DNA of 64,000 nucleotides from Terriglobales bacterium (GTDB lineage: Bacteria; Acidobacteriota; Terriglobia; Terriglobales; SCQP01), in contig JBOGKM010000040.1 of the NCBI GenBank assembly GCA_050747745.1, forward strand, positions 7,978 to 71,977, written 5' to 3'. The first letter of the stretch is position 1. Each line of letters begins with the position of its first letter. A model generated the notes under the pieces. The model was not told the origin of the DNA, searched no databases, and saw nothing but the letters and a program-made list of their open reading frames with translations. Positions 16,424-26,978 of the stretch are shown one piece after another. The position numbers and the translations under genes were made by a program.

Positions 16424-16769
16424 AATCACTGACGAAGTTTAACTTCGATGTCGGGCCAGAACTCGGCTTCGAGATTGAAGATCGCGAGCCCGACGCCGCT
16501 GGCAAAGTCAGCAGCAGAAATGGTAAGCGATCTCCGCCAGCCCGCTCGCCAGAAGGAGAAACAGAAACAGAGACGGCAAGTTATTTGCGATTCGTGGTGA
16601 GCGGCGCATCACTCCACATCCGGCAGGCATCTCACCACGTGAGCCACCGCGTGTCAAGAGAAAAATGCGGCTCGCCACTTTTTGCCCTGCTGGCTGGAGT
16701 GGGGGCTTCGATTCGCGGCAGGGTCCGGCCGCTGTTCGCCCTGCTGTAGCAGCGCAGCGCGAATGGCGC

Positions 16770-17298
16770 TCAGGGCTCCTTCAAGCTGCCGCCACACGCA
16801 TGTCGCGGCTCCAGGGCCTGGCGGCAGGCGGCGAGAGGTTCGGAGGCTTCGGCGAGGCCGGCGGCGTGGGCGCGCTCCAGCCAGGGCAAAGCTTGCGCCG
16901 GCTGCTCGAAACCCTCGAGCAACAGCATGCCCTTGTTGAAGATCAGCAGGTGGTTTTCCGGGTCGAGCAAAAGGGCGCGGTCGAGGCTGGCGAGAGCTTC
17001 GGGAAAATTCTGAGCGCGGGCGAGCAGGCCGGCGCGGTTGGACCAGGCGGCCGACTGCAGCGCCCGGTTGCCTTCGGCGCGGGCCAGCAGCGCATCATAG
17101 GCGGCCAGGGCGGCATCGGGACGTTCGAGATCTTCGAGCAGCAGGGCTTTGCCGAGCCAAGCGTCGGCGTGGGCGGGATCGAGGGCCAGGGCGCGATCAA
17201 AGGCGGCAAGGGCACTGGTATTGCGCTCTGCCCCGTGGTGCTGACGGGCGCGGGCGACCCAGGCGGACGCGGTGGCGGGTTCGGCCTCGCCGTCAGCC

Positions 17299-17327
<29 letters not shown>
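16770..17327 (-). CDS. Tetratricopeptide repeat protein
   Basis: TPR-like repeats (ALAAFDRALALDPAHADAWLGKALLLEDLERPDAALAAYDALLA...). The internal ATG 17327 is chosen, so the gene overlaps the purA 3' end by 29 nt. Confidence 0.7.
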
Positions 17328-18663
<1,336 letters not shown>

Positions 18664-18671
18664 GGGGCAAT

Positions 18672-19016
18672 TTAGTGGACGGGAGCGGGCTGGAGATGGC
18701 GATCGAGGGTGCGGCGCAGCGCGTCCTTGCTTACGTAGCCGACAATCTGTTCGGCAATTTTGCCGTTACGGAACAGCAGCAGGGTGGGAATGCCCTGCAC
18801 CTGGTAGGCGCCAGCGGTGCGGGGATTCTGGTCCACATCGAGCTTGCCGACTTTGAGCTTGCCGGCCAGCTCGCCGGCGACGGCCTCGACGTGCGGGGCC
18901 AATTGGCGGCAGGGGCCGCACCAAGTCGCCCAGAAATCCACCAGAACCGGCATGTCGGATTTCAGCACTTCGGATTCAAAGTTGGTATCGGTGAATTCAG
19001 CGACATTGGCGGACAT
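18672..19016 (-). CDS. trxA: Thioredoxin
   Basis: WATWCGPCRQLAP active site. ATG 19016 is preferred because GGAGGAG sits 7 nt upstream; the track ORF starts 5 codons earlier at 19031. Confidence 0.93.
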   Translation of the reverse strand: MSANVAEFTDTNFESEVLKSDMPVLVDFWATWCGPCRQLAPHVEAVAGELAGKLKVGKLDVDQNPRTAGAYQVQGIPTLLLFRNGKIAEQIVGYVSKDALRRTLDRHLQPAPVH

Positions 19017-19046
19017 GAGGGTCTCCTCCATCTAATATTGTAATGG

Positions 19047-19793
19047 ATGCAGAGCTCGGCGCCGAAGGGGCAAAACTTTCTCTATCAGGATGCCTGGCTG
19101 CGGCGCGTGGCGGCGGCAGTGGGACCGGCGGCGGCGGTGCTGGAAATCGGGGGTGGACCGGGCGGACTTTCGAAGCTGCTGGCGGAAACGAGCGAGCGGT
19201 TGTGGGTGGCGGAAGTGGACGCGGCGCTGGCGGCGGAGCTGCGGGCGAAACTGCCGGACAATGCCGAGGTGATCGCCGGGGATGTACTGGACATTGACCT
19301 TGGCGCGCTGGCACGGAAGCACGCGGTGGCACGCTGGCGCGTGGCGGGCAATTTACCCTACTACATCACCAGTCCGATTTTGCTGCACCTATTCCGGCAT
19401 GCCGGCTGCATCGCCGATGCCACGCTCATGGTGCAGCGCGAGGTGGGCGAACGCCTCACGGCGGTGCCGGGCAGCCGGGCCTTCGGACTGCTGAGTGCGA
19501 CGGCGCAGTTTCATGCGCGGGTGGAGCGGCTGTTTGATGTGCCGCCGGGCGCGTTCCGGCCCGCTCCCAAGGTGCATTCGACGCTGGTGCGGCTGACGAT
19601 GGCGCCGCAGGCGGAGGGGCTGGGAGTGGAGACGAAGCCGTTTCTAGAGTTCCTGCGGCGCGGGTTTGGGCAGAAGCGCAAGCAGCTGGCGAGCTATTTA
19701 GCAGATCCGGCGCGGGCGGGGTTGCCGACGCGGGCACGGGCGGAGGAATTGAAGCTGGAAGAGTGGGCGCGGCTCTATCACACGGTAAAATAA
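19047..19793 (+). CDS. rsmA: 16S rRNA (adenine1518/1519-N6)-dimethyltransferase
   Basis: KGQNFL motif, SAM-binding VLEIGGGPGGLS, NLPYYITSPIL. Confidence 0.93.
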   Translation: MQSSAPKGQNFLYQDAWLRRVAAAVGPAAAVLEIGGGPGGLSKLLAETSERLWVAEVDAALAAELRAKLPDNAEVIAGDVLDIDLGALARKHAVARWRVAGNLPYYITSPILLHLFRHAGCIADATLMVQREVGERLTAVPGSRAFGLLSATAQFHARVERLFDVPPGAFRPAPKVHSTLVRLTMAPQAEGLGVETKPFLEFLRRGFGQKRKQLASYLADPARAGLPTRARAEELKLEEWARLYHTVK

Positions 19794-19798
19794 GCTCT

Positions 19799-21469
19799 GT
19801 GAAGCAACCTTTGCAATTGATTCCCTTGGGCGGGTTGGGCGAGTTCGGCCTGAACCTGATGGCCATCCGCTACGGCGAAGACATGGTGGTGGTGGACTGC
19901 GGCCTGATGTTTCCCGAGCCCGAGCTGCTGGGCATTGACATTGTGGTACCGGACGTAAGCTTTCTTGTCGAGAACCGGGCACAACTGCGGGGCATTCTGC
20001 TCACGCACGCGCACGAGGACCATATCGGCGCCCTGCCGTTCGTGATCGAGGATCTGAACGTTCCGATCTACGGCACGGAATTCACGCTGGCCATGGTGGA
20101 ATCAAAATTCAGCGAACATGGGCTGCTGGAGACGACCACACGGCAGGTGGTGCGGCCGCTGGAGCCGTTCACGCTGGGGCCGTTCACGGTGGAATATATT
20201 CACGTCACGCACAGCATCGTGGGAGCGTGCGCCATCGCCATTACCACGCCGGCGGGGGTAGTGATCCACACCGGGGATTTCAAGATTGACCCCACGCCCA
20301 CGGACAACCGTCCCTTCGACCTGCACACCTTCGCCGCCTACGGCAAGCGCGGGGTGCTGGCACTGCTGAGCGACAGCACCAACGTGGACCGGCGCGGCTA
20401 CACGCCCAGCGAACTGGCGGTGCGCGACCGCTTCGAGGACGTGTTCGCCTCGAGCGGCGCGGGGCGGCTGTACATCTGCTGCTTCACCAGCTCGATCCAT
20501 CGCATCCAGCTGGCGGTGGAAATGGCGGCGGCGTATGGGCGCAAGGTTTGCTTTCTGGGGCGCAGCATGGAGAACAGCACTGCGATTGCGCACCGGCTGG
20601 AGTTTTTGCACCTGTCCGACGGGATTCTCATCCGGCCGCAGGATTTGCGTTCGTTTCCGCGCGAGCAGGTGACGGTGGTGATTTCGGGCAGCCAGGCGGA
20701 GCCGATGTCGGCGCTGGCGCGGGCGGCGGTGAACAACCACAAGTTCGCCGAGGTCAGCGCGGGCGACACCGTGGTGCTGTCCAGCCGCATCATTCCCGGC
20801 AACGAGCGCGCCATTTACCGCATGATCAACCACCTGTTCAAACTGGGGGCGAAGGTGGTCTACGACACCGAGCAATATCCGCCGGTACACGTTTCCGGCC
20901 ACGCCAGCCAGGAAGAGCTGAAGCTGATGGCCAACCTGGTGCGGCCGCGGCATTTCATTCCCGTCCACGGGGAATTCCGGCAGCTTTCGCTGCACGCGCA
21001 ATTGGTGCGCAGCCTGCGCATCCCGAAGCTGGAGGCGCACGTGGCGGAAGACGGCGAGGTGCTGGAGTTGAGCGAGGATGGTTTGTCGCGCTCGGGCACG
21101 GCCGCCACCGGGCGGGTGTTCATTGATAGCGGCAGCCAGGACGAGGTGGCCGAGGATTTGATCGTGCGCGACCGGCGGCACCTGGCCGAGGATGGGATCG
21201 TACTGCCGATTCTGGCGATCAACAAGGCGACCGGGCGGGTGCAGAACGAGCCGGAGATCGTGACATCGGGGTTCGTGAATCCGGTGATGGCGGACGGGCT
21301 GCTGACGCGGGCGCGCGCGCTGGTGGCGGAATCGGTGGCGGCTGCGGGGCGGGAGGAATCGGGGGACTGGTCGCTGATCAAGGAGCGCATCCGGCGCGAT
21401 TTGCGCAAGTACTTGCAGGCACAAACCAACAAGCGGCCGCTGATCCTACCGGTTATTCTGGAAATATGA
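19799..21469 (+). CDS. rnj: Ribonuclease J
   Basis: IPLGGLGEFGLNLM, metallo-beta-lactamase LLTHAHEDHIGALP, and a beta-CASP region. GTG 19799, just after the rsmA stop, is preferred over the track start at 19763. Confidence 0.93.
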   Translation: MKQPLQLIPLGGLGEFGLNLMAIRYGEDMVVVDCGLMFPEPELLGIDIVVPDVSFLVENRAQLRGILLTHAHEDHIGALPFVIEDLNVPIYGTEFTLAMVESKFSEHGLLETTTRQVVRPLEPFTLGPFTVEYIHVTHSIVGACAIAITTPAGVVIHTGDFKIDPTPTDNRPFDLHTFAAYGKRGVLALLSDSTNVDRRGYTPSELAVRDRFEDVFASSGAGRLYICCFTSSIHRIQLAVEMAAAYGRKVCFLGRSMENSTAIAHRLEFLHLSDGILIRPQDLRSFPREQVTVVISGSQAEPMSALARAAVNNHKFAEVSAGDTVVLSSRIIPGNERAIYRMINHLFKLGAKVVYDTEQYPPVHVSGHASQEELKLMANLVRPRHFIPVHGEFRQLSLHAQLVRSLRIPKLEAHVAEDGEVLELSEDGLSRSGTAATGRVFIDSGSQDEVAEDLIVRDRRHLAEDGIVLPILAINKATGRVQNEPEIVTSGFVNPVMADGLLTRARALVAESVAAAGREESGDWSLIKERIRRDLRKYLQAQTNKRPLILPVILEI

Positions 21470-22377
21470 GAACCGCGCTGATGGTGATCCTCCTGGCGGT
21501 GGTGGCGGGTGCGCAGGCGACACCGCTGCACAAGGCAATCGCGCTGGGCAGGGAAACAGTGTATCTCAGCCCCGATCTCAGCAGCTCCAAGGTCGGCGGC
21601 TTGCAGCCGGGCGAACAGATCGGGGTGCAGGCGACCGGCCGCGGCTTCACGCAGATTTTTTCCGGTGTGAGCGGCTGGATTCCGGATCACGATTATGTGC
21701 AGCTGAGCGCGCCCAATGCGGCCAGCGTTCTCCTGGGCGCGGCGGTGAAGCAGGAACGTCTGGGGGAGCAGAACAACGACGATACGGCCACGGCGGCTGC
21801 GGTGCGGCTGTTTCTGGACATCTACAACTACCTTCCGGAATCGCCGCGGGCGGCGGAAGCGCTCTACCGCGGCGCGGCGCTGCGGTGGGAGACGAAAATC
21901 TCGGAAGAGCCGCTGGGCACGGCGCCGTCGAATCGGCTGTTTCCGGATGATTCGCTCCTGCACAAGGTCGAAAACAGATATCGCAATACGCCCTGGGCGG
22001 CGCAGGCGGCATTCCAGTTGATCATCGAGCATTTCACCTGCGGGGACTGGTTCCAGAAGCCCTCCTGCATCGGCAAGGAAGCCAAGCGCTACCAGGACTA
22101 CGTGAAAAAATACCCCTCCAGTCCGTCCGCACCAGAGGCCGCGTTCGATGCGCTCTACCGCGACGGTATTGCCTGGACGATCTACCGGCGCGCGAGCATA
22201 CACCAGGATGCCGGCAAGGCGGCGCAGTTCCAACAACAGGTGGCCCTGGATGCGGTACAGCTGCAGCAGCAATACCCGCACTCGGATTGGGCGGCGCGAG
22301 GAGCGTACCTGGCGTATCTGGTGGCGCACAACTCACCGCTGCCACTGCCGGCGAGTACGCCGCTGGGCGGGCCGTAG
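21466..22377 (+). CDS. Exported hypothetical protein (helical-repeat C-terminal part)
   Basis: ATG overlaps the rnj stop (ATGA). Signal peptide MRTALMVILLAVVAGAQA. Balanced composition. Confidence 0.7.
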   Translation: MRTALMVILLAVVAGAQATPLHKAIALGRETVYLSPDLSSSKVGGLQPGEQIGVQATGRGFTQIFSGVSGWIPDHDYVQLSAPNAASVLLGAAVKQERLGEQNNDDTATAAAVRLFLDIYNYLPESPRAAEALYRGAALRWETKISEEPLGTAPSNRLFPDDSLLHKVENRYRNTPWAAQAAFQLIIEHFTCGDWFQKPSCIGKEAKRYQDYVKKYPSSPSAPEAAFDALYRDGIAWTIYRRASIHQDAGKAAQFQQQVALDAVQLQQQYPHSDWAARGAYLAYLVAHNSPLPLPASTPLGGP

Positions 22378-23089
22378 TCAGCCTGAAGCGAGCGTGATCA
22401 TCCGGCAGGATCCAAGCTCCCGTCTGAAACACAGCGTGGCCCGCAGGCTCGGGCCAGGGCGCCAGGATCGGGTCGGCGGCGAGCCAAGGCTGCTTGCCGG
22501 TGGTGTAGCGGAGCACATCGCAGACCGGCGCCAAACCCATGGCCGCGCGGTGAGAGTTGAGCACCCCGGCAAACAAGCCGTTGAAACGCACCGTTTCGAG
22601 CCTCCACAACTCGCGGTGGTCCGTTGCCGCGGGAGCCGTTGCCTGTCCCGGCAAAGCCGGCAACGGGGGTGGGGCATGGTGCGCTGACGGCAAAACTGCC
22701 GGACAGTAAGCGGCGAACGTGCAGGGGATGGCCATGCTCTCTGCCACGGATCTCGCGGCAATCTGAAGGGCTCCTGCCGCCACAATGGCGTCACACCCCT
22801 GCGCTGCCGCGGCGATCGTCTCGAATTGCGTGGCGACGGTGGCGGCTGCCAGTTGGTGCCGGCGCTCGGCCGCGTCTGAGGGGTTGGCCGGTGCCGGTCG
22901 AGCGGCAGCAAGCTTGCGAAGCTCGGGACCGATGGGGACGGCAGCCAATCCGAAGCTGCCAATCCAATCCTCGAAGTCGGGGGGCACGCACAGCCGGACT
23001 TCCACGCCGCGGGCCTTTAATTCCAGGGCCAGTGCGACCAGGGGTTGCACGTCGCCGCGCGAGCCGATGGTTGAAAGCAGGATACGCAT
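22378..23089 (-). pseudogene. GT1-family (GT28 N-terminal domain/MGT-like) glycosyltransferase truncated after about residue 231; nucleotide-sugar-binding half missing
   Basis: MRILLSTIGSRGDVQPLVALALELKARGVEVRLCVPPDF... through ...FQTGAWILPDD is GT1-like. The remaining 120 codons of ORF 22034-23089 are antisense to the convergent gene ending at 22377 and lack the GFGS / HHGGxGT-type C-domain motifs. Confidence 0.6.
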
Positions 23090-23134
23090 GCGCAGGAACG
23101 CGCCTGTGCCCTCAAGGGCGCCTGACCGGGGTGC

Positions 23135-23659
23135 TCAGATAAACATTTCGTCGTCTTGGCAGGCGGGACGAGGAGCGGGGCTGGAGCGACGGCGGAAGAA
23201 GAAATCGAGGCCGGTGCGCACGCCCTGCATGAGGGCGTTCACATCGCGAACCGGGCGCAGGACGGTGTCGCGCAGGGTGGACGCGATCTGGTCCACGCTG
23301 GCAAGGGCGGAGCCCAGGGCGTCATCCACGCGCACCATTTGCAGCTCGAGGCGCTGGCCGAGTTCGGCGGTAAAGGCGTCGGCGCGGCGGAGTTGATCGC
23401 GAGCCAGAGCACTCATTTCGGCCACATTGGCAGAGATGATGTCGAGCTTGGGCCGCGCCTGCGCGAGCATGCTCTGGGCATCGCGGACGGCGGGGCCGAC
23501 GGCGGCAACGATCTGCTCGACCTGGGGCAGCAGGGGCTCAATTTTTTCCGAGACCTGCTTGAAGCGGCCGGCGAGGACGAGCAGGACGATCCACTGCGCC
23601 AGCATCGAGAAGGCTGCGATGGCGACGAAGATAACCAGCAGAATGTCAGTGGTGGACAT
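23135..23659 (-). CDS. DUF948-like membrane-anchored coiled-coil protein
   Basis: N-terminal TM MSTTDILLVIFVAIAAFSMLAQWIVLLVLAG followed by helical repeats. Adjacent to a YtxH gene, as is often seen for general-stress pairs. Confidence 0.65.
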   Translation of the reverse strand: MSTTDILLVIFVAIAAFSMLAQWIVLLVLAGRFKQVSEKIEPLLPQVEQIVAAVGPAVRDAQSMLAQARPKLDIISANVAEMSALARDQLRRADAFTAELGQRLELQMVRVDDALGSALASVDQIASTLRDTVLRPVRDVNALMQGVRTGLDFFFRRRSSPAPRPACQDDEMFI

Positions 23660-23692
23660 GATTGATGGCCTCCGGCGCGAGCGCGGCAGCGA

Positions 23693-24028
23693 CTAGAGCT
23701 GAGCACCGGGCTCGCGGTTTTCCGGTTCCTGCCGCCCGGCGGCCTCGCGGTAGGCCTGTTTGCCAGCCTCGACGGCGGACTGGAACTGATCAATTTGCCG
23801 GGTGACGGCGGATTTTCCGCGCTCGGCAAATTCAGTGGCTTGGCTGTAGACGCCTCCGGCCTGCTGGCGCCATTCGCCCGTCTTGCCCCGGAAGCGATCG
23901 CGGCCCTCGCTGGCCTTGTCGCGCAGCATGCCGCGAGTTTGCTCGCCCGATTGTGGAGCATAAAGCACCCCGGCAAGGGCGCCCAAGCTCAGACCGACCA
24001 AAAACCACAGACCTCTGGATTCCGCCAT
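23693..24028 (-). CDS. YtxH domain-containing protein
   Basis: MAESRGLWFLVGLSLGALAGVLYAPQSGEQTRGMLRDKA is the YtxH signature. The internal ATG 24028 is chosen. Confidence 0.75.
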   Translation of the reverse strand: MAESRGLWFLVGLSLGALAGVLYAPQSGEQTRGMLRDKASEGRDRFRGKTGEWRQQAGGVYSQATEFAERGKSAVTRQIDQFQSAVEAGKQAYREAAGRQEPENREPGAQL

Positions 24029-24082
24029 ATAGAGCCTCCACTGTGGCGATGCTAGCACTGGCCGAAAGTGAACGCAATGCGG

Positions 24083-24103
24083 TTACCAGTTACCAGTTGC
24101 CAG
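24083..24103. repeat. Three tandem heptamers TTACCAG TTACCAG TTGCCAG
   Basis: Read directly from the sequence. It lies in the intergenic region between the YtxH gene start and the uvrC stop, and is followed by the GC hairpin CCGGGCCC-N11-GGGCCCGG (24106-24132). Confidence 0.6.
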
Positions 24104-24186
24104 TTCCGGGCCCGGGGGGGAGATGGGCCCGGAGTCGCACCCCAGCAAGCGGTGGACAGATTCAGAAATTAATAGCCGGAGACCGG

Positions 24187-26001
24187 CTAATTGGGGTGGA
24201 GTTGGGTCCAGAGGGCGCGGGCGCGGGCGGCGGGGAGGACGGCGGCCAAGGCAGGGGAGTCGGCTTCGCGGATCGCGGCCAGGCTGCCGAAGCGCTGCAG
24301 CAGCTTGCGGGCGGTGGCGGGGCCGATGCCGGGCACGGCCAGCAGCTCGGAGCGCAGGTTGGCCTTGCCGCGGCGGAGGCGATGAAAGGTGATGGCGAAG
24401 CGATGAGCTTCGTCGCGGATCATCTGGACGGTGTGCAGCAGCGGGCTATCGGCAGCCAGGCGCAGCGGCGCGGATTCATGGCCAGGGACGAACAACAATT
24501 CCTCGCGCTTGGCCAGGCTGGCGAGGGGCAGGGATTCCAGACCCAACCCGGCCAGCACGCGCTGGGCGGCGTGGAGCTGGCCGATGCCTCCGTCAATGAG
24601 CACCAGTTGCGGCAGGGCGGCGCCGGCGGCGAGTAGGCGAGTGTAGCGGCGGCGGACGACTTCCTCCATGGAACGGAAATCATCCACGCCGGCAACGGTG
24701 CGGATGCGGAAGCGGCGGTACTCGCCGCGCTTCATCGCGCCGCGGTGCCAGACGACCATGGAGGCGACTGTTTCGGCGCCCTGGAAATGAGAAACGTCGA
24801 AGCATTCGATGCGACCGGGTTCGGAGCCCAGATCCAGCCGCAGGGCGGCGGCCAGCGCGCGCCATTGCTCGAGGGCCTGCTGGGCGGCGGAGGGGGCGCG
24901 GAAGCGGCGGGCGAAGGAGAGCTGGGCATTGCGGGCGGCCAGCGCGAGCATTTCCTTTTTGGCGCCGCGCTGGGGCAGGGCGATTTCCACCGTGGCGCCG
25001 CGCTGGGAGCTGAGCGCTGCCTCCAGCGCGGCGCGGTCCTCGAAATCAAGGGGCGCGTCCACGCGGGGCGGCAAGTAAGGCTGCTGCAGGTAGATCTGTT
25101 TGAGCAGGGCGCCGAGAATTTCGGCGTCGCCGGCCTCGGGGTCAGGCAGCGACTCCCAAAAAAATTCACGCCGGTCGACCACGCGGCCATGACGGAGATG
25201 GAACAGATTGAGCGCGGCGCGGTCTTGTTCGCGGTACAGGCCCACGATGTCGGCATCCTGGCCCTCGAGGGCGTGCATTTTCTGGCGCTCGTGCATGTCG
25301 TCCAGGACGGTGAGCAGATCGCGGTAGCCGGCGGCTTCCTCAAAGCGCTCCTGCGCGGCCGCTTCGTCGCGACGGCGGCGTAACTGCTGCGCCAGCTCGG
25401 GCTGGCGGCCGCTGAGAAACAAGCGCGTGTCGCGCACCGCCTGGGCGTAGCGCTCGGGCGTGGTTAGGCCCTCGACGCAGGGACCGAGGCAGCGGTGGAT
25501 GTGGAATTGCAGGCAAGGGCGGGGATGAAAGCGGCTCAGATCCACTCGGCAGGAGGGCACGAGAAAGTGTTTGTGGATGAAGTGAACGAGGCGATAGGCG
25601 AAGCCGGCGGGAAAATAAGGACCGAAATATTCCGCGCCGTCGTGCGCCAAATGGCGGGTGACATACACCCGCGGGAAGGGCTCATGGCTGAGGCGGATGT
25701 AGGGATAGGTTTTGTCGTCGCGCAGAAGAATGTTAAAGCGGGGCTGGTGCTGCTTGATGAGCGTGTTCTCCAGCGCCAGGGCTTCGGCTTCGGTGTCCAC
25801 CACGATGGTTTCCAGAAGGGCAGCTTCGCGCACCAAAGAGCCGGTTTTGGCGTTTTCGGCGCTGGCGGCCAGAAAATAGGTGCGCACGCGGGCGCGCAGG
25901 TCCTTGGCCTTGCCGACGTAAATGATGTCGCCGGCGGCGTTTTTGAACAGGTACACGCCGGGCTGGGTGGGAAGCAGGCGGGACTTGGTGCTCAGGTCCA
26001 C
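24187..26001 (-). CDS. uvrC: Excinuclease ABC subunit C
   Basis: GIY-YIG (PGVYLFKNAAGDIIYVGKAKDLRARV), UVR domain, endonuclease domain and C-terminal HhH (VPGIGPATARKLLQRFGS). The likely start is GTG 26001, or 26058; the first ~75 codons of the track ORF are not UvrC-like. Confidence 0.95.
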   Translation of the reverse strand: MDLSTKSRLLPTQPGVYLFKNAAGDIIYVGKAKDLRARVRTYFLAASAENAKTGSLVREAALLETIVVDTEAEALALENTLIKQHQPRFNILLRDDKTYPYIRLSHEPFPRVYVTRHLAHDGAEYFGPYFPAGFAYRLVHFIHKHFLVPSCRVDLSRFHPRPCLQFHIHRCLGPCVEGLTTPERYAQAVRDTRLFLSGRQPELAQQLRRRRDEAAAQERFEEAAGYRDLLTVLDDMHERQKMHALEGQDADIVGLYREQDRAALNLFHLRHGRVVDRREFFWESLPDPEAGDAEILGALLKQIYLQQPYLPPRVDAPLDFEDRAALEAALSSQRGATVEIALPQRGAKKEMLALAARNAQLSFARRFRAPSAAQQALEQWRALAAALRLDLGSEPGRIECFDVSHFQGAETVASMVVWHRGAMKRGEYRRFRIRTVAGVDDFRSMEEVVRRRYTRLLAAGAALPQLVLIDGGIGQLHAAQRVLAGLGLESLPLASLAKREELLFVPGHESAPLRLAADSPLLHTVQMIRDEAHRFAITFHRLRRGKANLRSELLAVPGIGPATARKLLQRFGSLAAIREADSPALAAVLPAARARALWTQLHPN

Positions 26002-26111
26002 AGGGTAAATTTTACCGCCGGAGGGAAAGTTATAGGTCAGAACGGGAATCAAAGCCACGCCTGGACCGCGTGGGATGCTGGTTTTGGGGTTTGGCAGGCG
26101 GCGTGCTGTAA

Positions 26112-26864
26112 ATGGGTATGGAGGCTCCCATGCCGATGACCACCTCTCATATCCTCGTCCGGCCGCGTATGTTGATGGTCGGCTCGCTGGCCGCCGTGCT
26201 GTTTGTGGCAGGCGGCTGCACCACAAAAAAGTACGTACGCCAGCAGACGCAGCCGCTGATGGACCACGTTAACCAACTGGACCAGGAAACGGCTCAAAAC
26301 ACCAACGCCATCCGCCAGGCGAAGCAGCAGACGCAGCAGGGGCTGGCGCAAGTGAATGCCTCGACGCAACAGGCGGTACAGCAGGCGCAGCAGACGCAGC
26401 AGCAGGCGCAGCAGGTGAGCTCGAAGCTGGACCAGACCTCGAACCAAATCCAAGCGCTGGACAAGACCGTGGCCAACCTAGAGGATTATCACCAGGTGGG
26501 CGAGGCGACGGTGCATTTCGCCCTTAACAAATCATCGCTGACGACGCAATCCAAGCAGGAGCTGGATCAGGTCGTAAGCCAGATGCAGCAGAACAAGGGC
26601 GGGATACTGGAGGTGCAGGGATACACCGACACCACCGGTCCGAAAGCTTTCAACCTCAAGCTGAGTCAGCGGCGGGCGTATTCGGTGGTGCGGTATCTGG
26701 AGGCCAACAACGTGGCGCCGCACCGCATTTACCTGATTGGACTGGGCGAGAACCAGCCGGCGGCGCCGAACACGACTTTGGCGGGGCGGAGGGAAAACCG
26801 GCGGGTGGATCTGAAGATTCTGAGCACCAGCCAGAGCGCGAACACGACCGGCGGCCAGCAGTAA
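26112..26864 (+). CDS. OmpA-family lipoprotein with Gln-rich coiled-coil linker
   Basis: Lipobox-like FVAGGC, a Q-rich helical region, and an OmpA_C-like domain (LEVQGYTDTTGPKAFNLKLSQRRAYSVVRYL...GRRENRRVDLKI). Confidence 0.88.
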   Translation: MGMEAPMPMTTSHILVRPRMLMVGSLAAVLFVAGGCTTKKYVRQQTQPLMDHVNQLDQETAQNTNAIRQAKQQTQQGLAQVNASTQQAVQQAQQTQQQAQQVSSKLDQTSNQIQALDKTVANLEDYHQVGEATVHFALNKSSLTTQSKQELDQVVSQMQQNKGGILEVQGYTDTTGPKAFNLKLSQRRAYSVVRYLEANNVAPHRIYLIGLGENQPAAPNTTLAGRRENRRVDLKILSTSQSANTTGGQQ

Positions 26865-26978
26865 GCCAGTCCCCCCGGGCGGGTGCTTGCATCCGCAAGC
26901 GGAGCGGCCGTAGGCGCAGCAGCAGGCGCCTGCGGCCGCAGGAGCGTTTGCGGCCTCGGGCCGCGCTACCATGGAGCT

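Noticed and set aside
16508-16609. 33-codon minus-strand ORF (MRRSPRIANNLPSLFLFLLLASGLAEIAYHFCC)
   Set aside because: It is hydrophobic and could be a small membrane peptide, but it has no SD and no homology evidence, and it is below any length at which I can support a call.
20102-22329. Two long minus-strand ORFs (440 and 489 aa)
   Set aside because: They are antisense to RNase J and the following exported protein, and show no motifs and an R/P/H-rich composition.
22034-22377. C-terminal 115-120 codons of the GT1 ORF
   Set aside because: This part is antisense to the well-formed 3' end of gene 21466-22377 and has no GT1 donor-domain motifs. I treat it as a fortuitous open frame after a truncation point.
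26002-26226. N-terminal 75 codons of the uvrC track ORF
   Set aside because: The GIY-YIG domain starts right after GTG 26001. The upstream part is R/P-rich and would invade the divergent promoter region and ompA-like gene.
26290-26420. CAG/CAA-rich repetitive DNA
   Set aside because: It encodes the Gln-rich coiled-coil linker of the OmpA-family lipoprotein in frame. It is not a CRISPR array or a non-coding microsatellite.
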